Positions 14,201-25,470 of a DNA stretch of 64,000 bases are shown one piece after another (position 1 is the stretch's first letter; every line of letters starts with the position of its first letter). The DNA comes from Heptranchias perlo (Eukaryota). The notes beneath the pieces were generated by a model, which was not told where the DNA came from, searched no databases, and was given only the letters and a program-made list of their open reading frames with translations. A program made the translations under genes and the position numbers. The stretch lies in NCBI RefSeq assembly GCF_035084215.1, contig NW_027139821.1:1-64000 (forward strand), in the 5' to 3' direction.

Positions 14201-15334
14201 ATTGAAGATTCACTGGGGAAATGTCCTGTAAACCGTTTGAAATGGGCTTAAAAGGGAATTTCAGCTTCAAAGCGTCTCGGTTAATGACACCATGAAGGCC
14301 AGTGTACAAACGAGGCCCTCCTTGCCGGGACAGACAGCCATTCACTGGACTCAGGTCCAGGGAAGAAGCAGTTAGTGAGTGGTGAACATGTCACATCCCC
14401 TCAGACTTGTGCGAGATCCAATGGATGGGCGAGGTGGGTCATAAAAGCCATCCCATCGCTTGGGATCTGCAGGTCACGAACTCAGAGACAATCCAAGACC
14501 CTCCGTGTTTATTCGAAGTGATTGACGAACCCCTCTGGCACGTCTCACTCAGATTGGCCGATTATATGGAGAGATTTTATCCTGAGTTTAAGGTATAACA
14601 ACGAGTGCTTGAGAAACCCTCAAGTCTCTCTCGGTAATCCAGACTGGAGTAATCGGTAGTAATAGACACCCTTCCCAGTACAAGGTGTCCTTAAGGACAG
14701 AGCAGAGGTTCGAAGTGACATTGTGACTACACTAGCCCTTTACAGGGAGAGGGAAGTGTGTCACTGAACTGTACAATATCAGACCAGGGCCGGTGAGGAC
14801 TAAGCCCATGAGCAGATATTGTCGCCCGTTCAAAGGTGGGTTCAGACAGAACAGACGATCCAATCCCAGCACATAATCCCACCGCTGAAGGGGCTCGTCG
14901 TCTAAAGGCTCCAACAGGCAACGTCTGTGTCCCAGAGAAGGAAGGAGATGGACTGAGCCACACTGCTCGTAAGGACACAGTCCTGTAAGCTCTGGAAACA
15001 CTGCTCATCACCAGCATCGAGACTTTCATTCATTCACTAAACTGCCTGTCTAACGATGTTAACTTGTCAGCTGCTGAGGGGTTTAACCCCAATGGAACCT
15101 CACCAATTGAGCAGGTCCCAGGCACCGCTCTCATCTATAATTTCACATCCCTGCTGAATTACGGTGACACCACTGACTTACCTTTAGAACCTCGGTTACT
15201 CGTTTGGTTCAGTAACTCAGTCCATTAAGGTTTGCTGTTCAAACTCATTGATGAATCTGATTACATCGATTTATATCGATTAATTGCTCCTAAACTCAAT
15301 GTTTAACTTTGTTAATAAATAGTCGTTAGTGTTT

Positions 15335-15910
15335 GTCCTGCTCTCCTCTGACAAAACTGTTCACTATTCCAGGATCATCCTGGAATGGAAAGATAATCCC
15401 CAGCTTCTCTCCACTACAAACGGTCCTCTTAAACCCCCCTCTCCTGCCCCTCCACCCTCACCTCAAACAACAGGTGTGAGGAGCTCATGGACTTTGTCAC
15501 TCAGATTGAGACCATCGTTCAGCTGCCTCTGATGCTTCCCTCCCTCCCCCGATCCCACCGAGCCAAACTTTCCCTCCAGTTCCCCCCTGCCCTAGCCCTG
15601 AACTCACATCTTTCTCTAATTTCTCTCCTATCTCCCCTCATGTCCTCTCCGAGCTCATCTTGACCATGAGACCCACCTCCTGCTCCCTCTACCCTATTCC
15701 CACCAAACTGATGACCACCCAACTTCCCTTCCTGGCCACCATGTTAGCTGATATTGTTAACAGTTCCCTCTCCTCAGATACTGACCCCCTCCCCTTCAAA
15801 TCTGCCGTCATCAGCCCCCTCCTCAAAAAAAACACCCTTCACCCCTCTGTCCTTGCAAACTCCCGCCCCATCTCCACCCTCCCTTTCCTCTCCAATGTCC
15901 TTGATCATGT
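15335..15910 (+). mobile_element. L2-clade LINE fragment (RT N-terminal region)
   Basis: Translates PTSCSLYPIPTKL..IVNSSLSS..FKSAVISPLLKK..L.NSRPISTLPFLS. Confidence 0.8.
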
Positions 15911-15929
15911 TGGGATATTGAAACCCAGT

Positions 15930-16871
15930 GTTCATTCGGCCCCTCGATCCTCCAATTAGATCAAGGCTGATCTGAACCTCAACTCCATTTTCCCCCTTTG
16001 CTCCATATCCCTTGATGTCCTGACCCAACAAAAATCGATCAATCTCAGTTTTGAAAGCTCCAATGAACCCCCAGAATGCTCAGCCTTTTGGGGGAGAGAG
16101 TTCCAGATTCCCACCACCCTTTGTGTGAAGAAATGCTTCCTGGTTTCACCCCTGAACGGCCTGGCTCGAATTTGAAGATTCCGTCCTCTTGTTCTTGTCT
16201 CCCCGACTAGACGAAGTAGTTTCTCCGTATCTACCCTATCAAATCCTTTTAACATTTTAAACACCCTCGATCAGATCACCCCTCAATCTTCTAAACTCGA
16301 GGGAATACAAGCCTCGTCTGTACAACCTGTCCTCGTAATTTAACCCTTTTAGCCCCGCGATCATTCTGGTGAATCTGGGCTGCACCCCCTCCAAGGCCAA
16401 TCTATCCTTCCTGAGGTGCGGTGCCCAGAACTGAACACAGTCTCCAGATGTGGTCTGACCAGAGCTCTGCACAGCTGGAACATAACTTCCTCCCCTTTGT
16501 ATTCCAGCCCCCGAGATAAAGGCTAACGTTCCATTAGCCTTTCCCAATCCTTTTTGTATCTCCACTGGCTTTTAATGATTTCTGGACTTGGACTCCCAAA
16601 TCTCTCTGTTCCTCTCCAGTTCCTAGTTTCTCACCGTGTAGAAAATACTCTGATTTATCTTTCTTGGGTCCAAAGTCGATGACCTCACATTTTCCCACAT
16701 TGAACTCCATCTGCCCCAGTTTTGCCCACTCACTGAATCTCTCAATGTCTCTTCACAACTCCCTGCTCCCATCTACACTACTTACTGCGCCACCTAATTT
16801 AGTGTCATCAGCAAACTTGGATATACGATTCTCCATTCCTTCATCTAAGTCATTTATAAATATGGTGAAAA
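15930..16871 (-). mobile_element. CR1-clade LINE 3' fragment
   Basis: CVQFWAPHLRKD..RRLRGDLIE..HFFTQRVVGIWNSLPQ on the minus strand, frameshifted. Confidence 0.9.
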
Positions 16872-17192
16872 TTGAGGCCTTGGAGGACGACCTCGAGCAG
16901 CTCTGGGCCGGGAGGGCCCGGCTTCAGACTGCACCATCTCAGCCTGGGCTGCAGCAGCCTGGCCTGGCTGGCCGAGAGACAACAACAGGTGCACTGGCAG
17001 GAGTGACAGGGGTGGGAGCAGGAAGGCTGTCGTCCGGAGAGGGGACAGCAGGTCCGACTGTCATGGCACCACTGCCACTCTCCCGGGGCAGCACCTCAGA
17101 AATCCTGGTGATCAGCTGGAGAACGGATTGCTGGAGTGCTGTGACCCCCTGGAAGCCCCGTTCCACAGTGGAACCCAGAGCCACGATAGCAG

Positions 17193-17483
17193 CGGTCCGA
17201 GCTTCCAGCCGGCAGTCCGAGCTCCCGCCCGGCGGTCCGAGCTCCCGCCCGGCGGCCCGACCTTCCGCCCGGCGGTCCGAGCTCCCGCCCGGCGGTCCGA
17301 GCTCCCGCCCGGCGGTCCGAGCTCCCATCCTGCGGTCCGAGCTCCCATCCTGCGGTCCGAGCTCCCGCCCGGCGGTCCGAGCTCCCGCCCGGCGGTCCGA
17401 GCTCCCATCCTGCGGTCCGAGCTCCCGCCCGGCGGTCCGAGCTCCCGCCCGGCGGTCCGAGCTCCCATCCTGCGGTCCGAGCT
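17193..17483. repeat. 20-bp GC-rich minisatellite (GAGCTCCCGCCCGGCGGTCC)n inside Myb-like exon 3
   Basis: Tandem periodicity of 20, ~14 copies. Confidence 0.92.
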
Positions 17484-18065
17484 GTATCCGTAGTTTGCGG
17501 ACCTTTCATCACATCGGTCTGTGCTGCAATGGAAGCTGAGACATCGGTCATCAGACCCTGTATCACGGTGGGTTCCACAGGTTTGCTGATGGAGGTGACC
17601 ACCCGTTCCATGTGGGAAAGGATGGGCTCCAAGCTCTGCGCAAAGCCCTGTGCCAAGTTGGAGCTGGACTCCTCCATGCCCCTTCTCATTGTGCGCAGGC
17701 TTTCTGGCAGGTTTTCCAGTGCCCTGAGCATTTGGTGGTGTTCGTCCATCAGCCGTCTTCTGTCGCCTTGCCCATCGAAGTCCTTATCTGACCCCTCGGC
17801 AGCAGAACTAGTGAGTGACCTGACCCTCCGGTGAGCTGGGACCTGTGGTATCCGTTCCCCCCGCCCCGGCCCCTGTGCTCGGTGTCTCACCACGGACAGA
17901 TCCCTCCTCGAACCTAACCTCGAAAGGAGGCGCAGTGTCAGTCTCTGAGCTGGTGGCTGCGAGTGTCAGATCGAGTGACGGTGTCTCTTCAGTGTCACTG
18001 TCTTCCTCCTCCTCCTCCTCAGACGGTGCTGGCTGCAGTTCTTGGGTTTCTGCAATGATAAGCAG

Positions 18066-18532
18066 TGTCAGCCGTGGTCCAGTGGGCAGCACTCTCACCT
18101 CTGAGTCAGAAGGTCGTGGGTTCAATTCACACTCCAGAGACTTGAGCACTAAATCTAGGCTGACACGTGGAGTACTGAGGGAGTGCTGCATTGTCAGAGG
18201 TGCCGTCTTTCTGATGAGACGTTAAACTGAGGCCCCGTCTGCCCTCTCAGGTGGATGTGAAAGATCCCATGGCCACTATTTCGAAGAAGTGCAGGGGAGT
18301 TCTCCCCGGTGTCCTGGCCAATGTTTATCCCTCAAACAACATCACTAAAAAACACATTCTCTGCTCATTATCATATTGCTGTTTGTGGGATCTTGCTGTG
18401 TGATAATTGGCTGCCCCGTTTCCCACATTACAACAGTGACGACACTTTGAAAATACTTCATTGGCTGTAAAGTGCTTTGGGATGTCCTGGGTTGTGAAAG
18501 GTGCTATATAAATGCAAGTCTTTCTTTCTTTT
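18066..18532 (+). mobile_element. tRNA-derived DeuSINE (SacSINE1/AmnSINE-like) with L2-type tail
   Basis: A box tggtccagtggg and B box ggttcaattc; Deu-domain-like aaagatcccatggc..ccccggtgtcctggccaa; tail gctatataaatgcaagt(cttt)n. Confidence 0.8.
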
Positions 18533-19779
18533 GACAAAGGGAGACTGGTTGAGTTGTGGAGCGGGGAGAGCAGCAAATAAGACGTGTGTGCTGACAGCAT
18601 CAGCAGCGCGTGAGTCAGAAAAGATTGTGGGATGAGGGAGGTGTGGGAAACGAGAAGGAGGATTAGGTTTGCAGAGACCACCCCCCTCCCCATCGGGGTC
18701 GCCAGTGTCCACGGCCGCAGCGATGGCCCATCCAATGATCCCCAGGGCTGTCTCCTCCATGGGGGTGAGGACGTGGAGACGTGCCTGCCCTCCGTCCGTT
18801 CTCTCCTGCTGCCGGCTGTTCTGCTCCACCTTCTCCTGCAAGACAGAGGGAAGTGTGTCAGTGAGTGTCCTGCAAGGTGTTTGGGTGATGGGCCTGTCAT
18901 GGTCGAATAGCTGCCCTTGTGTGTGACCTGTGAGTGGTGGGTGTGTGGATTCCAAGTGTGGTACTACGTGCAGGTGAGATGCAGCATGCGAAGTGCAGCA
19001 TTGCCTACGGAGGGGCAGCGTTTGCTGGCGGGTGGGTGACGGGGGGTGTGATGCATGGACCAGTGTTGGTACGATGTGCCACTTGACACTTGCATTCACT
19101 TACCTTGACTACTCGTGTCAGATCATTGAACTTTTTCCTGCACTGTATCCACGTGCGTGACACAATGCTCCTGGCATTCACTTCCAGCGCCATTTCCTCC
19201 CACTGCCTCTGTAGCTGGTGTCTGGAGGGTCTCCTGCCACCCTGCAGGTACAGGATGGCCCTCCGTGCGTCCACTCCTCCACCAGGGCCTCCAGTGCGCT
19301 GTCGGAGAACCTCGGGGCACGCTCTCTCGCAGGTCCAGCCGTTCCACTTGTCCTCCTGCACCGCTTGAATTGACAGTGCACCTCCCCTTTAAGAGGTGCA
19401 GGCTGCCTTTAACTAGTGCTGGCCACGCCCCATATCAGGCCCCCTGCTGGTGCGTGGAGCCACTCAACGACACGGGTAGCGCTCGCCCAACGCAGAAATC
19501 ACGGAGCTGATCCGGAGGCACGAATCACGCGTGTTCCAATATCGGAACCTCCGGGCACGGGTTAACCGCGCACCGCGACCCCCACGCCCGGATTCGGGGG
19601 TGATCCAATTTAACCCCCACTATCTCCCATCCTACATGGGCCCTGGGGTCAGCTCACTTATCTATGAACGGGTGCTCTCCTACTAGGGGTTGGCCTTTGA
19701 CACAGGTGAAGAATTTAACGTCCTGCGGGTGCTTAAAGGGGTCAGTCTGATCGTCCTTTAATGGTGGCTGCCAGGGCAC

Positions 19780-19990
19780 AGGGAGGGCAGTGCCAGTTAC
19801 CCTTGGAGATGGGGAGCTGGAGGTTCTACTGCAGGAGGTTAGGCAAAGGAGGGAGAGCCTGTCTGGGGAAAGGCCTTCCCAATTCATGGTGGCAGCCTGG
19901 TGGAGAGAGGTGGCATCGGGCATCAGTGTCACTTCCACTGCCCCCGACAGGTGGACAGTGCAGGAAGTTCATCACAAGGATGGTCAAAGT
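19780..19990 (+). pseudogene. Degenerate Harbinger Myb/SANT-like exon 1 (older element)
   Basis: LGDGELEVLLQEVRQRRESL..AAWWREVASGIS.. with frameshift to QCRKFITRMVK|gtgaga. Confidence 0.6.
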
Positions 19991-20351
19991 GAGAGTGACC
20001 TCCCAGAGTGCTCAGCTGATTCTGTGCTGTGTGTGTTTTCCACTCACCAGCTCCCCACAGTTCACCTCGTTCGACATGAAGAGACTTCACTGTTCCCACA
20101 AGTTCCCGACCACCTTGGAACCCCAGCCAATCACTCACTCCCAATGTCTCACAACTCTGCCGGCTCCCAGGTAAAAGCGGGAATTCTGATCTCAAAGTTG
20201 GCACACATCACTATTCCCTCCCTTTAATGCTCAGCTCCTTGTGCTCTCGTGTCTTTCACACTTCCTGTTTTCCCCTTTATATGAACATAAGAAATAAGAA
20301 CAGCATTGGCCATTCGGCCCCTCGATCCTGCTCCACCATTCAATCAAATGG

Positions 20352-21140
20352 AAGGAGTCTTACAACACCAGGTTATAGTCCAACAGCTTTATTTGGAATC
20401 ACAAGCTTTCGGAGCTTTCCTCCTTCGTCAGGTGAGTGTAGGATTCCGTAAATGCACAGCATATATAGTCAGAGAACAATGCCTGGTGATTACAGATAAT
20501 CTTTCTAACTGCCCGTTATCACATCTCGGCATAGATATAATCAAAGTAATCAAAGGAATGGATGGTGTTCAGACAGAGAAACATTACATCCCCGACCACT
20601 GAATACACAAGCGGTCATAACACAAAGACAGAGAGAGAGAGAGAGAAACACCCGAAAGGCAGCGAAAGAGAGAGAATGACCAGTTGTATTAAAAACAGAT
20701 AACTTTTTTTGCTGGTGGGGTGACATATAGCGTGACATGAACCCAAGATCCCAGTTGAGGCCGTCCTCATGGGTGCGGAACTTGGCTATCAATTTCTGCT
20801 CGACGATTTTGCGTTGTCGTGTGTCTCGAAGGCCGCCTTGGAGAACGCTTACCCGAAGATCGGTGGCTGAATGTCCTTGACTGCTGAAGTGTTCCCCGAC
20901 TGGGAGGGAACCCTCCTGTCTGGCGATTGTTGCGCGGTGTCCGTTCATCCGTTGTCGCAGTGTCTGCATGGTCTCGTCAATGTACCATGCTCCGGGGCAT
21001 CCTTTCCTGCAACGTATGAGGTAGACAACGTTGGCCGAGTCACAGGAGTGTGAACCATGTACCTGGTGGGTGGTGTCCTCTCGTGTGATGGTGGTATCTG
21101 TGTCGATGATCTGGCATGTCTTGCAGAGGTTGCTGTGGCA
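20352..21140 (-). mobile_element. Penelope-like retroelement 3' end (GIY-YIG endonuclease plus terminal repeat)
   Basis: Translates CKTC..SCDSANVVYLIRCRKGCPGAWYIDETMQTLRQRMNGHR..HF..EQKLIAKFRTHEDGLN; terminal hammerhead motif and AATAAA. Confidence 0.9.
20399..20435 (-). ncRNA. Minimal type I hammerhead ribozyme motif in the Penelope terminal repeat
   Basis: Minus strand reads TCAC-CTGACGA-A-GGAG-GAAAG-CTCC-GAAAGCTT-GTGA: stem I TCAC/GTGA, CUGANGA core, stem II GGAG/CTCC, GAAA, palindromic AAGCTT stem III. Confidence 0.72.
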
Positions 21141-21958
21141 GATGCAGTATAACGTGGATAAATGTGAAGTTATCCACTTTGGAAGGAAAAACAGAAAGGC
21201 AGAGTATTATTTAAATGGTGATAGATTGGGAAATGTTGATGTACGAAGGGACCTGGGTGTCCTTGTACACCAGTCACTGAAAGCAAACATGCAGGTGCAG
21301 CAAGCAGTTAGGAAGGCAAATGGTGTGTTGGCCTTCATTGCAAGGGGATTTGAGTACAGGAGCAGGGATGTCTTACTGCAGTTATACAGGGCCTTGGTGA
21401 GACCACGCCTGGAGTATTGTGTGCAGTTTTGGTCTCCTTACCTAAGAAAGGATATACTTGCCATAGAGGGAGTGCAGCGAAGGTTCACCAGACTGATTCC
21501 TGGGATGGCAGGACTGTCGGATGAGGAGAGATTGGGTCGACGAGGCCTGTATCCACTAGAGTTTAGAAGAATGAGAGGGGATCTCATTGAAACATATAAA
21601 ATTCTGACCGGGCAAGACAGACTGGATGCAGGGAGGATGTTTCCCCTGGCTGGGGGTTCCAGAACGAGGGGTCACAGTCTCAGGATACGGGATAGGACTG
21701 AGATGAGGAGAAATTTCTTCTCTCAGAGGGTGGTGAACCTGTGGAATTCTCTACCACAGAAGGCTGTGGAGGCCAAGTCACTGAATATATTTAAGAAGGA
21801 AATAGATAGATTTCTAGACACAGAAGGCATCATGGGGTATGGGGAGAGAGCGGGGATATGGGTCTGAGATAGACGATCAGCCATGATCATATTGAATGGC
21901 GGAGCAGGCTCGAAGGGCCGAATGGCCTACTCCTGCTCCTAATTTCTGTTTCTATGTT
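21141..21958 (+). mobile_element. CR1-clade LINE 3' fragment
   Basis: WQMQYNVDKCEVIHFGRKN..LYRALVRPRLEYCVQFWSP..WNSLPQ; tail tttctatg. Confidence 0.92.
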
Positions 21959-21959
21959 T

Positions 21960-22700
21960 ACCCTGCTAGTTCCATCCTCAAAAAAACTCTAATAAATTTG
22001 TCAATGACTATTTCCCTTTCATAAAACCGTGCTGACTCTGCCTAATCATTTTATGATTTTCTAAGTGCTCTGTTACCACTTCCTTAATCATGGATTCCAG
22101 CATTTTCCCGACGACTGATGTCAGGCTAACTGGCCTGTAGTTCCCCGTTTTCTCTCTCCTTCCCATCTTGAATAGCGGGGTTACATTTGCTACCTTCCAA
22201 TCCACCAGAACCGTTCCACAATCTGGAGAATTTTGGAAGATCACAACCAATGCATCCACTATCTCTGCAGCCACCTCTTTTAGAATCCTTGGATGTCGGC
22301 CATCAGGTCCAGGGGATTTATCAGCATTTAGTCCCATTAGTTTGTCCAGTACTTTTTCGCGAGTGATATTAATTGTTTTAAGTTCCTCACTCTCATTTAC
22401 CCCTTGGTTCCCCACTATTTCTGGTCTGCTTTTTGTGTCTTCTACTGTGAAGATAGATACAAAATATTTCTTTAACGCATCTGCCATTTCCTTATTCCCC
22501 ATTATAATTTCTCCTGTCTCAGCCTCTAAGGGACCCACGTTTACTTTTGCTACTCTCTTCCTTTTTACATACTTGTAGAAGCTCTTACAATCCATTTTTA
22601 TATTTCTTGCTAATTTACTTTCATATTCTATTTTCTCCCTTTTTATCAATTTTTTGGTCATCCTTTGTTGGTTTCTAAAGCTCTCCCAATCCTACTCTTC
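21960..22700 (-). mobile_element. CR1-clade LINE internal fragment (its 3' tail is probably 20285-20350)
   Basis: KSPGPDG.HPRILKE..DWKVANVTPLFK.G..GNYRPVSLTSVVGKMLE..SQHGFMKGK. Confidence 0.9.
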
Positions 22701-22822
22701 TTGGCAACATTTTTGAAGTCTTACAGAAGACCCCCACAATGAAGGAGAGGAAAGCTATGGGGGGAGAACAAGCTTTCACCAGGCCTCTGATTCCCCATCA
22801 GGAGAAGGCAATGGACATTTTT

Positions 22823-23897
22823 AAAAATTCGTTCATGGGATGTGGGCGTCGCTGGCAAGGCCGGCATTTATTGCCCATCCCTAATTGCCCCTTGAGAAGG
22901 TGGTGGTGAGCCGCCTTCTTGAACTGCTGCAGTCCGTGTGGTGAAGGTTCTCCCACAGTGCTGTTAGGAAGGGAGTTCCAGAATTTTGACCCAGCGACGA
23001 TGAAGGAACGGTGATATATTTCCAAGTCGGGATGGTGTGTGACTTGGAGGGGAACGTGCAGGTGGTGTTGTTCCCATGTGCCTGCTGCCCTTATCCTTCT
23101 GGGTGGTGGAGGTCGCGGGTTTGGGAGGTGCTGTCAAAGAAGCCTTGGCGAGTTGCTGCAGTGCATCCTGCAGATGGTACACACTGCAGCCACAGTGTGC
23201 CGGTGGTGAAGGGAGTGAATGTTTAGGGTGGTGGATGGGGTGCCAATCAAGTGGGCTGCTTTGTCCTGGATGGTGTCGAGCTTCTTGAGTGTTGTTGGAG
23301 CTGCACTCATCCAGGCAAGTGGAGAGTATTCCATCACACTCCTGACTTGCGCCTTGTAGATGGCGGAAAGGCTTTGGGGAATCAGGAGGTGAGTCACTCG
23401 CTGCAGAATACCCAGCCTCTGACCTGCTCTTGTAGCCACAGTATTTACGTGGCTGGTCCAGTTAAGTTTCTGCTCAATGGTGACCCCCAGGATGTTGATG
23501 GTGGGGGATTTGGCGATGGTAATGTCGTTGAATGTCATGGGGAGATGGTTGGACTCTCTCTTGTTGGAGATGGTCATTGCCTGGCACTTGTCTGGCACGA
23601 ATGTTACTTGCCAGTTATCAGCCCAAGCCTGGATGTTGTCCAGGTCTTGCTGCATGCGGGCACGGACTGCTTCATTATCTGAGGGGTTGCGAATGGAACT
23701 GAACACTGTGCAATCATCAGCGAATATCCCCATTTCTGACCTTATGATGGAGGGAAGGTCATTGATGAAGCAGCTGAAGATGGTTGGGCCGAGGACACTG
23801 CCCTGAGGAACTCCTGCAGCAGTGCTCTGGGGCTGAGATGATTGGCCTCCAACAACCACTACCATCTTTCTTTGTGCTAGGTATGACTCCAGCCAAT
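22823..23897 (-). mobile_element. CR1/L2-group LINE 3' fragment (distinct family)
   Basis: [44 protein letters not shown]. Confidence 0.88.
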
Positions 23898-24121
23898 TGG
23901 GGAGACCAATATCTGAAGGAGCGGAGGGAGAATTGACAGGGTCTGTGTCAGCTGAAGGTTTGAAGCTCGACATTTGATATATCATTTCCCATGATCCAAA
24001 AGCATCGTCACTACCGGATTCAGACTGAGGCCTCTCCTGTACACATTACATTCCAGCTCCCACATCCAATCCCTCTTCCTGATCTCCATCCCTCAGTGGG
24101 CCCAAATCTCAAACATCAATG

Positions 24122-25470
24122 TTACTAGAATCTGTTATCAGGGACAGAGTGACTGAGCATTTCATTAAATATAATCTGATCAGAGAGAGCCAGTGTGGAT
24201 TTGTAATGGGTAAGTCATGTCTAACGAACCTGGTGGAATTTTTTGCGTCAGTAACTAACGTGGGATAAGGGAGTGTCTGTGGATATTATTTCTATGGACT
24301 TTTCCAGAAGGTATTCGATAAGGTGCCACATAAGAGACTTAACAAAAATGAGAGCGGATGGAATTGGAGGCTTGGATCGGGAATTGGTCAGGAGGTTGGA
24401 GACAGAGAGTGGGGATAATGGGAATGGACTCAGATTGGCAGGATGTGACTAGTGGTGTCCCCCAGGGATCTGTACTGGGGCATCAGCTTTTCACTCTATT
24501 TATAAATGATTTAGATGAAGGAATGGAGAGCTGTATATCTAAGTTTACTGATGACGCTAAGTTAGGTGGCAGAGTAATTAGTGTAGGTGGGAGCAGGAAG
24601 TAACAAAGGGACATTGAGAGATGAGTTGATCGATCGATAAAGTGAGTGGGTAAAACCGAGGCAGATGGAGTTCAAAGTGAGGAAGTGTGAGGTCATCGAC
24701 TTTAGACTGGAGACAGATCAATCAGAGTATTTTCTACACGGTGAGAAGTTTGGAACTGGAGAGGAACAGAGAGATTTGGGAGTCCAAGTACAGAAATCAT
24801 TAAAAGCCAGTGGAGATACAAAAAGGATTGGGAAAGGCTAATGGAACGTTGGCCTTTATCTCGGGGGCTGGAATACAAAGGGGAGGAAGTTATGTTCCAG
24901 CTGTGCAGAGCTCTGGTCAGACCACATCTGGAGACTGTGTTCAGTTCTGGGCACCGCACCTCAGGAAGGATAGATTGGCCTTGGAGGGGGTGCAGCCCAG
25001 ATTCACCAGAATGATCCCGGGGTTTAAAGGGTTAAATTACGAGGACAGGTTGTACAGACTAGGCTTGTATTCCCTTGAATATAGAAGATTAAGGGGTGAT
25101 CTAATTGAGGTGTTTAAGATGATTAAAAGGATTTGATAGGGTGGATAGAGAGAAACTATTTCCTCTGATGGGGGAGTCCAGAACAAGGGGGCATAACCTT
25201 AAAATTAGAGCTCGGCCGTTCAGGGTGATGTCAGGAAGCATTTCTTCACACAAAGGGGAGTGGAAATCTGGAACTCTCTCCCCCAAAAAGCTGTTGAGAC
25301 TGGGGGTCAATTGAAAATTTCAAAACTGAGATTGATCGATTTTTGTTAGACACGGGTATTAAGGGTTATGGAACCAAGGCGGGAGATGGAGTTAAGATAC
25401 AGATCAGTCATGATCCAATTGAATGATGGAACAGGCTCGAGGGGCTGAATGGCCTCCTCGTGATCCTATG
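24122..25470 (+). mobile_element. CR1-clade LINE 3' fragment
   Basis: Degenerate [46 protein letters not shown]; CR1 3' end. Confidence 0.9.

Larger units (their letters stand above)
16872..19618 (-). mobile_element. Harbinger-type DNA transposon remnant carrying a Myb/SANT-like gene (pseudogene)
   Basis: Exon 1 (~19350-19104) ARERAPRFSDSALEALVEE/VDARR..QWEEMALEVN..RTWIQCRKKFNDL with donor AAG|GTAAGT; exon 2 EKVEQN..RTDGG..LTPMEE; acidic/coiled-coil exon 3; terminal GGGGGTTAAATTGG at 19618. Frameshifted; the other end is lost. Confidence 0.8.

Noticed and set aside
18066-18140. tRNA gene
   Set aside because: The A/B boxes belong to a SINE head that continues into the Deu core and L2 tail.
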